A stretch of 64,000 nucleotides of DNA from Balanoglossus misakiensis (lineage: Eukaryota; Animalia; Hemichordata). Position 1 is the stretch's first letter. Each line of letters begins with the position of its first letter. Location: assembly GCA_040954595.2 (NCBI GenBank), contig CM082585.2:1640802-1704801 (forward strand), read 5' to 3'. The notes below the pieces were generated by a model. The model was given only the letters and a program-made list of their open reading frames with translations. It did not search any database and was not told the DNA's origin. Below, piece after piece: positions 35,251 to 49,300 of the stretch. The translations under genes were made by a program, and so were the position numbers.

Positions 35251-36582
35251 AAACTCAGCGTAATTCAATAAAACGCCCTAACACAGCCTGAACTCCGATA
35301 ATGTGTTGTCCCAAAATTCATTCCGTGGAAAATAATCACTGGTCTGTTTACGTATTTCAGCCGATTTTCCAAGGACTACTGCAACCCGCCAGAAGTGAGT
35401 AGCCTGCTAATGAGATCTCCACAACATTACGTAATGACGGTCAAAGTCCGATGCCCCAGTGTCCGTCCTCAGCCCACCAAAAAATGCGAAAAAATATTAC
35501 AAAAATCTTCTTCTCAAAATCGACGTGGCCTAGGACCTTGAAATTTGGCACAGGGGATTTTGGCCACATGGTCTACAAAAATCGCGAAAAGAATGTACAT
35601 GCCCCCATTAACGTGCAAATTAGGTCAATTTGAAAATTTCGCTCGATTATAGCCACAAAGTCACGTGACTAATTACAAATTCAAAGGGCAGGTGCACCAG
35701 TACTCATGGGCCCCAACCACCGTGCCAAATTTGGAGGCGCACCTGCCGGAATTTCAGAGAAAAACGGGCGCAAAAAAACGACTCAAGAAGAAAGAAGACA
35801 AACTCCAGCAATAACAGAAGGGGACCAAGCGCCTGAGGGCTCTTGGTCCCCTAAATATGGGACTAAACTTGACAGATACCCGGAATATTTTCCTATTTAG
35901 GATACCTGGTTGCATTTCCACCTAAAGGCGTCCTATTGGCGTGGAAATTTTATAACTTGAAATCGTTTGACTGGGTGATAGGTATTAATATCTTATGATG
36001 TTATAAAACACTTGGCTCGCCAAAGGTAAGGACCGATTATAGCGTCAGTCGTGTCATAAAATCTATATGAACGTCATGGGTCAATAAACTTGATGGTCCA
36101 ATAAAATTTAATGGTTCGTAAAACTATTGTGTCCAATGTCTGCAGAGTATACTGGCTGCAACATGTGTATGAGTCAGGATTAACGGCTGTAGCCATCAAC
36201 CCAAAAGGTGAACGTCCTATTCTCACTAACTTAAATAGGTTTTGCGACCTAGTTGAGTGATAAAAACCTTATGATAAAGTCGACACAATTTCAAGATGAC
36301 GATGTGCAAATGAGAGTTCATAAGCTAAAGTAAAGTTCAATGAATTCTATACAAAGTTCAAAAAAGATTTTTTACTAAAGGAAGACATGAACAAACTGAT
36401 ATCGTCTCTTCATATTCGTACATGTCCAACTGTTGTGATTTGACCCCCCCCCCCATGGTACATGAACCTATTACTTAGTACACACTTAAACAATTGGCAT
36501 TTGAAGTGCCTTGCTTGACAGTGTTTAATGCGGTGGTCAGCCGCGTTTATCTCTCGCCACTTCATGCATCATGTCGCCTTAA

Positions 36583-36902
36583 AGGGACAAACTCTCTCTC
36601 TCGTCGCCCTTTTCTATTAATTATGTTTGATACAAGACACCGTTTATATTAATGGGCATGTGTATATGTAGTGAATGAACGTTCAACCACACACAACTTC
36701 CATCCTGCTTGTATGATATGAGAGTAAAAACTCGCCCAAAATGAATTAATGGTAGAGACCGATTTTTCAGTTTTGCGAGTTTTCGCTCTCGTGTCTACAT
36801 GCGGGATAGAAGGTGTGTGCGGTTGAACGTTGCATCACTATATATCCACATTTACATTAATATAAACGGTGTTTTGTATCAAACATGGAAAAGGGCAGCG
36901 AG
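36583..36902. mobile_element. Kolobok-like palindromic MITE, same family as 15482-15828 (right TIR truncated)
   Basis: TTAA + agggacaaactctctctc, and the shared core gtatgatatgagagtaaaaactcgcccaaaatgaa. Confidence 0.85.
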
Positions 36903-36906
36903 TTAA

Positions 36907-37280
36907 GGATGTACGATCAGTAAAATTGAAAGCATTGTCATTTCTTTTAATCGTGAATTTTCGTTTCTGATTTGTATGTATAATGAAAATCCATTTTGGG
37001 TCACTGCACTTGTTTTCGACTTTAAACAAGGCCGTGAATTTAGTCGACAATTGAAGAAAACTGCTAACGGTCAGCATTTTCTACCAATGGTTTGTCTATG
37101 GATACAATATTGAACAAAGTTTATCTCAAAATAGAGCGTGATGAATTTATTTTGATTTGTCGGAGCTATGTGTAAAATTTCATGAAAATGACAATAGTAG
37201 AAGTGAGTTTTCTAACTATTCTCCATGTACTCCTATGGGAAGAGACACAGGCGCACAGTTTACCAGTTGACGACCTCTAA
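36907..37280. mobile_element. Kolobok-like element related to 27222-28170
   Basis: Starts ttaa|ggatgtac. 37070-37260 is an inverted homologue of 27280-27470. Confidence 0.5.
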
Positions 37281-37542
37281 AGAGTAAACGGGGGGGGGGG
37301 GGGGATGATGAAAGGTTTAAGACTTACAGATCACAACTTAAAGAGCCATTCAGAAAGAGGCTTAGAGTGGAGTATCAAATCGGACGATACCACTGACTGG
37401 TGGAGGAAGACAAAATAAGCAAACTGAGTAGATGAGTGCTCAGATTTCTTCAGAGGACCAAACGTTTCAAAGAATTATACGTGACAATCCATGCCTGGTC
37501 CGTCAGTAGATATAAACAGAACATTGTGGCTGTATTCATTAA

Positions 37543-37833
37543 AGGGACAAAGTCTCTCTCTCGCTGCCCTTTTTCCATTAATTATGTTTGATACAAGACT
37601 GCGTTTATATTATTCTACATGTGGATATAGTGAATCAACGTTCAACCATACACACCTTCCACCCCGCTTGTATAGACACGAGAGTTTTAAAAAGTAGCCA
37701 AAATGAATAAACGGTCTCTACCATTTATTCATTTCGGGCGAGTTTTTACTCTCGTATCATACAAGCCGGATGGAAGTTGTGTGTGGTTGAACGTTCATTC
37801 ACTAACATAAACGGTGTCTTGTATCATGTCCCT
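37543..37833. mobile_element. Kolobok-like palindromic MITE, same family as 15482-15828, opposite orientation
   Basis: TTAA + agggacaaagtctctctc ... tgtccct + TTAA, with an internal deletion in the right arm. Confidence 0.88.
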
Positions 37834-38619
37834 TTAACACTTTTGAAGCATTTTACTAATGCTAACATGACTAGACCAATTGAATGATGTTACATTGCAG
37901 GTTATCAACTCAGAGGGGCGTCTTGTTATAAAGCGGTACCTGACAAACAATCAGCTGGCAACGCTGAAAATACCTGTCAGTCGTAAGTATGAAAGTATAC
38001 ATCATTTGAGTAGAATTTTACGGGAGTTCCTAACAAGGCTTGGACATGTCACGCACAAATACAAAGGGCGCGTATAAAGACAGACAAAACCTCGCTCAGT
38101 GTGAGGTGTTCAGCGATTGCATCTGATAAGTCGAAAATGCTTGATCACGTGTCATGTTCAGTTGGGAAATTGGATATGTCTCAGGCCAAAAAAACTAATA
38201 TGTGCTATTCCGATTACATGGTTTTCAAAAATATTGTAGGTAGAAAGGGACATTTTTTTATTTTTCATTTTTTTTTATATCTTTGGCCGTCGTAGTGTAG
38301 AAGAATGACATCATAGTTCTTGCGTGATTCTCGCAATTTTCATGAATTGTTTTATATTTGACATCGTTATTTTTACTTCCGGTTTGCGAAGATCTAAACT
38401 GTTTTGGGTCGGCGGGCTAAAATTAGGGTAGTTCGGGTAATCGTTATGACATTGGGAGCTACGGCTGCAAAGCCATGTGTCTCGTGCGAAAAGGGCCCTT
38501 AACCTTTTGCAATATTTAACAGCAAACAACAGACAGTTTTGAGAATAAAAGGTTTCCGTCGTGTCTGACTTTCATATCGCATTAATAGCATATCCCTAAT
38601 TTTAAAGAAATTAGGAGAG

Positions 38620-38850
38620 ACAGAGTGAAACAGGCAGAGTGGCAGACAGACACAAGCAGACAGACAGAGCAACATTCATCAGTAGAGACACTCACCGGTC
38701 GCTCGCTCGCTCGCTCACTCTCTCTCTCAGAGAGAGGGGGCAGACAGTCAGACAGACAGACGTTGACAGACAGTCAGTAAGTCAGTCAGCCAGTTAATCA
38801 GTCAGTCAGACGTCAAAGACACAGTGACACAAACACAGCGAGGGAGACAA
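38620..38850. repeat. Compound microsatellite
   Basis: (gaca)n, (tcgc)n, (ct)n/(ag)n and (agtc)n tracts. Confidence 0.8.
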
Positions 38851-40339
38851 AAGGACCTTTCATGCTTAAACCCCTCTTCTTCTGTTATAAACTTTGAAAA
38901 CCGTTCGTTTTCAGATTGCAGATTGCTCGAATAACGCGGCACACTGCCGAAACAATAAAACAAATACTAGTGGGAGCTCATAAAATAAAATCGCTCAACC
39001 ATTCCGTCGTCCTGAGTGACCTCAGCCACATTAATTCCGACGTCTTTTTAGGGTCATGAAAAAAGTCACAAATAAGGTATTTCCCCTAGGTCCACCTGAA
39101 GCAAAAAGTTTTCGTTTCGACTCCATCATTCCGAATAGTAAGAAAGCAACAAAATTGAAAAGACAGATGTAAAATGCAATCTCTCTCACGTGGTAACGTT
39201 TGTAACTATGGCAATCACGGTACGTGTTCAGTACACAGACAGGGAGAAAAGTTTCCCCATGCAATACATGTGTTCAGTAAGGTTTGACCTTGGTTTTACT
39301 TTGTACCATGATCGCCGCTTTCTAAGCATGGATGAACGACGGCGGTCAGACCCAATCGAACCCTTTCATGTCAGATGACCACGGTATCTCCAGTGTGAGA
39401 TGACATTTGACAAACCATTTGATTTCAACAAAATCTTCGCGTCGTCAACGCGTCGCATACCAGTCGCATGTCGGTATTTACCCAATCATAAAAGTTGGAA
39501 ATTCGGGAGACTCGATCTGCAACCAAGTTGAGAGTAAATTTTGACGTTTGACTATTGGCAAGTAAACAGGTTACACAATGACTTGTCGGTTTTTCCTCCG
39601 TCATGGTCGTTCTTGACCCAAGTGTCCTTCCTTGACATTTAGACACACCTTGCGGTATGACCTTGGTGGTCATGTGCAATTAGTTTTCTTGTATAAGACG
39701 CTTTTCATGCCGGGGTAGACGACTTGTGCGTGGATCATCAACATTTCAGTGATATTTCAACGCAAAGTTTTAGCAATATTGAGAAAACAGGTAGTGAGGT
39801 GTCAAATGCATATCAATGTACGAAAATTAGGTCAAGCCACCCGACAGCAACCGCTTTCACACAGTGTCGGACGTTGCACGGAATGTGAAACGTTACACTG
39901 CTTCGGCCGTTCACATGCACCTGGGCGTGGTTTTGATTGATGGTCAAACGCCCCCACTTACTTTGGGCGTTTTCAATGGTAAATGTGTCGTATTGATCGA
40001 AACCTTGCCGTAAACACATTTTTTTTGCTGAATCAACATTCAGAGTTCAGCCGTCTAGTTAACGAAGTATTGAAATAAGCCACTTGTTCATCATTTTTTG
40101 TCTGTCAAACGTGTTTATTCGGACAGGGACCGGCCGCCAATGAGTGGTTTAGGGAGCCCACACGTACACTCTGGTACCTGGACAATTAACAAAGACATGA
40201 CGTGTGTACCGTCCGGTTCGAAAAGATTGGTTTAAGGTAGTCCTGGTAACAGTCATCCTAACGAGGCCAGGGGAGGTCTCCAAGGGCGAAATAAACAAAG
40301 CTACCGATGACGAGTCGAATTCGAATCGGACGATGCTTG

Positions 40340-43300
40340 TTTTCGACTTTGCAAAATCTCAAAATTTCGTCGATTTTTGAAAAAAAATCATGGGTGAAAA
40401 TGCATCAAAAAATGAGAAATTTTCGACTTTGCAAAATCTCAAAATTTCGTCAATTTTGAAAAAAATCATGGGTGAAAATCATCAAAAAATGACAAATTTT
40501 CGACTTTGCAAAATCTCAAAATTTCGTCGATTTTTGAAAAAAATCATGGGTGAAAATCATCAAAAAAATGACAAATTTTCGACTTTGCAAAATCTCAAAA
40601 TTTTGTTGATTTTTGAAAAAAATCATAGGTGAAAATCATCAAAAAATGACAAATTTTCGACTTTGCAAAATCTCAAAATTTCGTCGATTTTTGAAGAAAA
40701 TCATGGGTGAAAATCATCAAAAAATGACAAATTTTCGACTTTGCAAAATCTCAAAATTTTTTCGATTTTTGAAAAAAGACATGGGTGAAAATCATCAAAA
40801 AATGACAAATTTTCGACTTTGCAAAATCTCAAAATTTCGTCGATTTTTGAAAAAAATCATGGGGGAAAATCATGAAAAAAATGACAAATTTTCCTCTTTG
40901 CAAAATCTCAAAATTTCGTCGATTTTTAAAAAAAGACATGGGTGAAAATCATCAAAAAATAACAAATTTTCGACTTTGCAAAATCTCAAAATTTCGTCCA
41001 TTTTTGAAAAAAAATCATGGGTAAAAATCATCAAAAAATGACACATTTTCGACTGCAAAATCTCAAAATTTCGTCGATTTTTGAAAAAAAATCATGGGTG
41101 AAAATCATCAAAAAATGACAAATTTTCGTCTTTGCAAAATCTCAAAATTTCGTCCATTTCTGAAAAAAAATTATGGGTAAAAATCATCAAAAATAACAAA
41201 TTTTCATCTTTGCAAAATCTCAAATTTTCGTCGATTTTTGAAAAAAAATCATGGGGGAAAATCATGAAAAAATGACAAATTTTCCTCTTTGCAAAATCTC
41301 AAAATTTCGTCGATTTTTGAAAAAAATCATGGGTGAAAATCATGAAAAAATGTCAAATTTTCCTCTTTGCAAAATCTCAAAATTTCGTCGTTTTTTGAAA
41401 AAAAATCATGGGTGAAAATCATCAAAAAATGACAAATTTTCGTCTTTGCAAAATCTCAAAATTTCGTTCATTTTTGAAAAAAAATCATGGGTAAAAATCA
41501 TCAAAAATGACAAATTTTCGTCTTTGCAAAATCTCAAATTTTCGTCGATTTTTGAAAAAAATCATGGGGGAAAATCATGAAAAAATGACAAATTTTGAAA
41601 AAAAAAACTGGTGAAAATCATCAAAAAATGACACATTTACGACTTTGCAAAATCTCAAAATTTCGTCGATTTTTGAAAAAAAATCATGGGTGAAAATCAT
41701 GAAAAAATGACAAATTTTGAAAAAAAAAAACGGGTGAAAATCATCAAAAAATGACACATTTTCGTCGACTTTGCAAAATCTCAAAATTTCGTCGATTTTT
41801 GAAAAAAATCATGGGGGAAAATCATGAAAAAATGACAAATTTTCCTCTGCAAAATCTCAAAATTTCGTCGATTTTTAAAAAAAGACATGGGTGAAAATCA
41901 TCAAAAAATAACAAATTTTCGACTTTGCAAAATCTCAAAATTTCGTCCATTTTTGAAAAAAAATCATGGGTAAAAATCATCAAAAAATGACAAATTTTCG
42001 TCTTTGCAAAATCTCACAATTTCGTCGATTTTTGAAAAAAATCATGTGTGAAAATCATCAAAAAATGACAAATTTTCGACTTTGCAAAATCTCAAAATTT
42101 CGTCGATTTTGAAAAAAATCATAGGTTCGTCGATTTTTTAAAAAAAAACATGGGTGAAAATCATCAAAAAATGTTAAATTTTCGACTTTGCAAAATCTCA
42201 AAATTTCGTCGATTTTTGAAGAAAATCAAGGGTGAAAATCATCAAAAAATGACAAATTTTGAAAAAAAACGGGTGAAAATCATCAAAAAATGACACATTT
42301 TCGTCGACTTTGCAAAATCTCAAAATTTCGTCGATTTTTGAAAAAAATCATGGGGGAAAATCATGAAAAAATGACAAATTTTCCTCTTTGCAAAATCTCA
42401 AAATTTCGTCGATTTTTAAAAAAAGACATGGGTGAAAATCATCAAAAAATAACAAATTTTCGACTTTGCAAAACCTCAAAATTTCGTCCATTTTTGAAAA
42501 AAAATCATGCGTAAAAATCATCATAAAATGACAAATTTTCGTCTTTGCAAAATCTCACAATTTCGTCCATTTTTGAAAAAAAATCATGGGTAAAAATCAT
42601 CAAAAAATGACAAATTTTCCTCTTTGCAAAATCTCAAAATTTCGTCGATTTTTGAAAAAAAATCATGGGTGAAAATCATCAAAAAATGACAAATTTTCGT
42701 CTTTGCAAAATCTCAAAATTTCGTCCATTTTTGAAAAAAAATCATGGGTAAAAATCATCAAAAATGACAAATTTTCGTCTTTGCAAAATCTCAAATTTTC
42801 GTCGATTTTTGAAAAAAAATCATGGTTGAAAATCATCAAAAAATGACAAAATTTTCGACTTTGTAAAATCACAAAATTTCGTCGATTTTGAAAAAAATCA
42901 TAGGTTCGTCGATTTTTAAAAAAAAAACATGGGTGAAAATCATCAAAAAATGATAAATTTTCGACTTTGCAAAATCTCAAAATTTCGTCGATTTTTGAAG
43001 AAAATCAAGGGTGAAAATCATCAAAAAATGACAAATTTTGAAAAAAAACGGGTGAAAATCATCAAAAAATGACACATTTTCGTCGACTTTGCAAAATCTC
43101 AAAATTTCGTCGATTTTTGAAAAAAATCATGGGGGAAAATCATGAAAAAATGACAAATTTTCCTCTTTGCAAAATCTCAAAATTTCGTCGATTTTTAAAA
43201 AAAGACATGGGTGAAAATCATCAAAAAATAACAAATTTTCGACTTTGCAAAACCTCAAAATTTCGTCCATTTTTGAAAAAAAATCATGGGTAAAAATCAT

Positions 43301-46300
43301 CATAAAATGACAAATTTTCGTCTTTGCAAAATCTCACAATTTCGTCGATTTTTGAAAAAAATCATGTGTGAAAATCATCAAAAAATGACAAATTTTCGAC
43401 TTTGCAAAATCTCAAAATTTCGTCAATTTTTGAAAAAATCATGGGTGAAAATCATCAAAAAATAACAAATTTTCGTCTTTGCAAAATCTCAAAATTTCGT
43501 CCATTTAAAAAAAAAAACATGGGGGAAAATCATCAAAAAATGACACATTTACGACTTTGCAAAATCTCAAAATTTCGTCGATTTTTGGAAAAAAACCATG
43601 GGTGAACATCATGAAAAAATGACAAATTTTCCTCTTTGCAAAATCTCAAAATTTCGTCGATTTTTGAAAAAAAATCATGGGTGAAAATCATCAAAAAATG
43701 ACAAATTTTGAAAAAAAACGGGTGAAAATCATCAAAAAATGACACATTTTCGTCGTCTTTGCAAAATCTCACAATTTCGTCGATTTTTGAAAAAAATCAT
43801 GTGTGAAAATCATCAAAAAATGACAAATTTTCGACTTTGCAAAATCTCAAAATTTCGTCAATTTTTGAAAAAATCATGGGTGAAAATCATCAAAAAATAA
43901 CAAATTTTCGTCTTTGCAAAATCTCAAAATTTCGTCAATTTTTGAAAAAATCATGGGTGAAAATCATCAAAAAATGACAAATTTTCGTCTTTGCAAAATC
44001 TCAAAATTTCGTCAATTTTCAAAAAAAAACATGGGGGAAAATCATCAAAAAATGACAAATGTTCGACTTTGCAAAATCTCAAAATTTCGTCGATTTTTGA
44101 AAAAAATCATGGGTGAAAATCATCAAAAAATGACAAATTTTCGACTTTGCAAAATCTCAAAATTTCGTCAATTTTTGAAAAAATCATGGGTGAAAATCAT
44201 CAAAAAATGACAAATTTTCGACTTTGCAAAATCTCAAAATTTCGTCAATTTTTGAAAAAATCATAGGTGAAAATCATCAAAAAATGACAAATTTTCGTCT
44301 ATGCAAAATCTCAAAATTTCGTCGATTTTTGAAAAAAAATCATGGGTGAAAATCATCAAAAAATGACAAATTTTCGACTTTGCAAAATCTCAAAATTTCG
44401 TCAATTTTTGAAAAAATCATAGGTGAAAATCATCAAAAAATGACAAATTTTCGTCTATGCAAAATCTCAAAATTTCGTCGATTTTTGAAAAAAATCATGG
44501 GTGAAAATCATCAAAAAATGACAAATTTTCGATTTTGCAAAATCTCAAAATTTCGTCGATTTTTGAAAAAAAATCAGGGTTGAAAATCATCAAAAAATGA
44601 CAAAATTTTCGACTTTGCAAAATCACAAAATTTCGTCGGTTTTGAAAAAAATCATGGGTTCGTCGATTTTTTTAAATAAAAACATGGGTGAAAATCATCA
44701 AAAAATGACCAATGTTCGACTTTGCAAAATCTAAAAATTTCGTCGATTTTTGAAAAAAAATCATGGGTGAAAATCATCAAAAAATGACAAATTTTCGACT
44801 TTGCAAAATCTCAAAATTTCGTCAATTTTTAAAAAAAGACATGGGTGAAAATCATCAAAAAATGACAAATTTTCGACTTTGCAAAATCTCACAATTTCGT
44901 CGATTTTGAAAAAAAACATAGGTTCGTCGATTTTTAAAAAAAAAACATGGGTGAAAATCATCAAAAAATGACAAATTTTCGACTTTGCAAAATCTCACAA
45001 TTTCGTCGATTTTTGAAAAAAATCATGGGAGAAAATCATCAAAAAATGACAAATTTTGAAAAAAAAACGGGTGAAAATCATCAAAAAATGACACATTTTC
45101 GACTTTGCAAAATCTCAAAATTTCGTCGATTTTTGAAAAAAATCATGGGTGAAAATCATCAAAAAATGACAAATTTTCGACTTTGCAAAATCTCAAAATT
45201 TCGTCGATTTTTGAAAAAAAATCATGGGTGAAAATCATAAAAAATGACAAATTTTGAAAAAAAAACGGGTGAAAATCATCAAAAAATGACACATTTTCGA
45301 CTTTGCAAAATCTCAAAATTTCGTCGATTTTTGAAAAAAAATCATGCTGAAAATCATCAAAAAATGACAAATTTTCGACTTTGCAAAATCTCACAATTTC
45401 GTCGATTTTTGAAAAAATCATGGGTGAAAATCATCAAAAAATGACAAATTTTCGTCTTTGCAAAATCTCAAAATTTCGTCGGTTTTTGAAAAATAATATG
45501 GGTGAAAATCATCAAAAAATGACAAATTTTCGATTTTGCAAAATCTCAAAATTTCGTCGATTTTTGAAAAAAAATCATGGTTGAAAATCATCAAAAAATG
45601 ACCAAATTTTCGACTTTGCAAAATCACAAAATTTCGTCGATTTTGAAAAAAATCATAGGTTCGTCGATTTTTTAAAAAAAAACATGGGTGAAAATCATCA
45701 AAAAATGACAAATTTTCGACTTTGCAAAATCTCAAAATTTCGTCGATTTTTGAAAAAAATCATGGGGGAAAAATCATCAAAAAATGACAAATTTTCGACT
45801 TTGCAAAATCTCAAAATTTCGTCCATTTTTGAAAAAAAATCATGGGTAAAAATCATCAAAAAATGACAAATTTTCGTCTTTGCAAAATCTCACAATTTCG
45901 TCGATTTTTGAAAAAAATCATGTGTGAAAATCATCAAAAAATGACAAATTTTCGACTTTGCAAAATCTCAAAATTTCGTCGATTTTGAAAAAAACCATAG
46001 GTTCGTCGATTTTTTAAAAAAAAACGGGTGAAAATCATCAAAAAATGACACATTTTCGACTTTGCAAAATCTCAAAATTTCGTCGATTTTTGAAAAAAAT
46101 CATGGGTGAAAATCATCAAAAAATGACAAATTTTCGACTTTGCAAAATCTCACAATTTCGTCGATTTTTGAAAAAATCATGGGTGAAAATCATCAAAAAA
46201 TGACAAATTTTCGTCTTTGCAAAATCTCAAAATTTCGTCGGTTTTTGAAAAAAAATATGGGTGAAAATCATCAAAAAATGACAAATTTTCGATTTTGCAA

Positions 46301-49300
46301 AATCTCAAAATTTCGTCGATTTTTGAAAAAAAATCATGGTTGAAAATCATCAAAAAATGACCAAATTTTCGTCTTTGCAAAATCACAAAATTTCGTCGAT
46401 TTTGAAAAAAATCATAGGTTCGTCGATTTTTTAAAAAAAAACATGGGTGAAAATCATCAAAAAATGACAAATTTTCGACTTTGCAAAATCTCAAAATTTC
46501 GTCCATTTTTGAAAAAAATCATGGGGGAAAATCATCAAAAAATGACACATTTTCGACTTTGCAAAATCTCAAAATTTCGTCCATTTTTGAAAAAAAATCA
46601 TGGGTAAAAAGCATCAAAAAATGACAAATTTTCGTCTTTGCAAAATCTCACAATTTCGTCGATTTTTGAAAAAAATCATGTGTGAAAATCATCAAAAAAT
46701 GACAAAATTTTCGACTTTGCAAAATCTCAAAATTTCGTCGATTTTTGAAAAAAATCATGGGGGAAAATCATGAAAAAATGACAAATTTTCCTCTTTGCAA
46801 AATCTCAAAATTTCGTCGTTTTTTGAAAAAAAATCATTGGTGAAAATCATCAAAAAATGACAAATTTTCGTCTTTGCAAAATCTCAAAATTTCGTCCATT
46901 TTTGAAAAAAAATCATGGGTAAAAATCATCAAAAATGACAAATTTTCGTCTTTGCAAAATCTCAAATTTTCGTCGATTTTTGAAAAAAAATCATGGGGGA
47001 AAATCATGAAAAAATGACAAATTTTCCTCTTTGCAAAATCTCAAAATTTCGTCGATTTTTGAAAAAAATCATGGGTGAAAATCATGAAAAAATGTCAAAT
47101 TTTCCTCTTTGCAAAATCTCAAAATTTCGTCGTTTTTTGAAAAAAAATCATGGGTGAAAATCATCAAAAAATGACAAATTTTCGTCTTTGCAAAATCTCA
47201 AAATTTCGTTCATTTTTGAAAAAAAATCATGGGTAAAAATCATCAAAAATGACAAATTTTCGTCTTTGCAAAATCTCAAATTTTCGTCGATTTTTGAAAA
47301 AAATCATGGGGGAAAATCATGAAAAAATGACAAATTTTGAAAAAAAAAACTGGTGAAAATCATCAAAAAATGACACATTTACGACTTTGCAAAATCTCAA
47401 AATTTCGTCGATTTTTGAAAAAAAATCATGGGTGAAAATCATGAAAAAATGACAAATTTTGAAAAAAAAAAACGGGTGAAAATCATCAAAAAATGACACA
47501 TTTTCGTCGACTTTGCAAAATCTCAAAATTTCGTCGATTTTTGAAAAAAATCATGGGGGAAAATCATGAAAAAATGACAAATTTTCCTCTGCAAAATCTC
47601 AAAATTTCGTCGATTTTTAAAAAAAGACATGGGTGAAAATCATCAAAAAATAACAAATTTTCGACTTTGCAAAATCTCAAAATTTCGTCCATTTTTGAAA
47701 AAAAATCATGGGTAAAAATCATCAAAAAATGACAAATTTTCGTCTTTGCAAAATCTCACAATTTCGTCGATTTTTGAAAAAAATCATGTGTGAAAATCAT
47801 CAAAAAATGACAAATTTTCGACTTTGCAAAATCTCAAAATTTCGTCGATTTTGAAAAAAATCATAGGTTCGTCGATTTTTTAAAAAAAAACATGGGTGAA
47901 AATCATCAAAAAATGATAAATTTTCGTCTTTGCAAAATCTCAAAATTTCGTCCATTTTTGAAAAAAAATCATGGGTAAAAATCATCAAAAATGACAAATT
48001 TTCGTCTTTGCAAAATCTCAAATTTTCGTCGATTTTTGAAAAAAAATCATGGTTGAAAATCATCAAAAAATGACAAAATTTTCGACTTTGTAAAATCACA
48101 AAATTTCGTCGATTTTGAAAAAAATCATAGGTTCGTCGATTTTTAAAAAAAAAACATGGGTGAAAATCATCAAAAAATGATAAATTTTCGACTTTGCAAA
48201 ATCTCAAAATTTCGTCGATTTTTGAAGAAAATCAAGGGTGAAAATCATCAAAAAATGACAAATTTTGAAAAAAAACGGGTGAAAATCATCAAAAAATGAC
48301 ACATTTTCGTCGACTTTGCAAAATCTCAAAATTTCGTCGATTTTTGAAAAAAATCATGGGGGAAAATCATGAAAAAATGACAAATTTTCCTCTTTGCAAA
48401 ATCTCAAAATTTCGTCGATTTTTAAAAAAAGACATGGGTGAAAATCATCAAAAAATAACAAATTTTCGACTTTGCAAAACCTCAAAATTTCGTCCATTTT
48501 TGAAAAAAAATCATGGGTAAAAATCATCATAAAATGACAAATTTTCGTCTTTGCAAAATCTCACAATTTCGTCGATTTTTGAAAAAAATCATGTGTGAAA
48601 ATCATCAAAAAATGACAAATTTTCGACTTTGCAAAATCTCAAAATTTCGTCAATTTTTGAAAAAATCATGGGTGAAAATCATCAAAAAATAACAAATTTT
48701 CGTCTTTGCAAAATCTCAAAATTTCGTCCATTTAAAAAAAAAAACATGGGGGAAAATCATCAAAAAATGACACATTTACGACTTTGCAAAATCTCAAAAT
48801 TTCGTCGATTTTTGGAAAAAAACCATGGGTGAACATCATGAAAAAATGACAAATTTTCCTCTTTGCAAAATCTCAAAATTTCGTCGATTTTTGAAAAAAA
48901 ATCATGGGTGAAAATCATCAAAAAATGACAAATTTTGAAAAAAAACGGGTGAAAATCATCAAAAAATGACACATTTTCGTCGTCTTTGCAAAATCTCACA
49001 ATTTCGTCGATTTTTGAAAAAAATCATGTGTGAAAATCATCAAAAAATGACAAATTTTCGACTTTGCAAAATCTCAAAATTTCGTCAATTTTTGAAAAAA
49101 TCATGGGTGAAAATCATCAAAAAATAACAAATTTTCGTCTTTGCAAAATCTCAAAATTTCGTCAATTTTTGAAAAAATCATGGGTGAAAATCATCAAAAA
49201 ATGACAAATTTTCGTCTTTGCAAAATCTCAAAATTTCGTCAATTTTCAAAAAAAAACATGGGGGAAAATCATCAAAAAATGACAAATGTTCGACTTTGCA

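Larger units (their letters stand above)
30437..35855. mobile_element. Helentron/HINE-like composite element hosting two LINE fragments
   Basis: One end aaagctgcaagcagcattgaatgggccc. Other end gaagaaagaag microsatellite-like tract + hairpin ggggaccaag...cttggtcccc + taaa. Internal repeat aatcactggtctg...ggtcaaagtcc at about 32603 and 35334. Confidence 0.65.

Noticed and set aside
38181-38460. Zator-like MITE start (ggccaaaaaaa...tagggtag.tcggg)
   Set aside because: No matching right terminus or TSD found.
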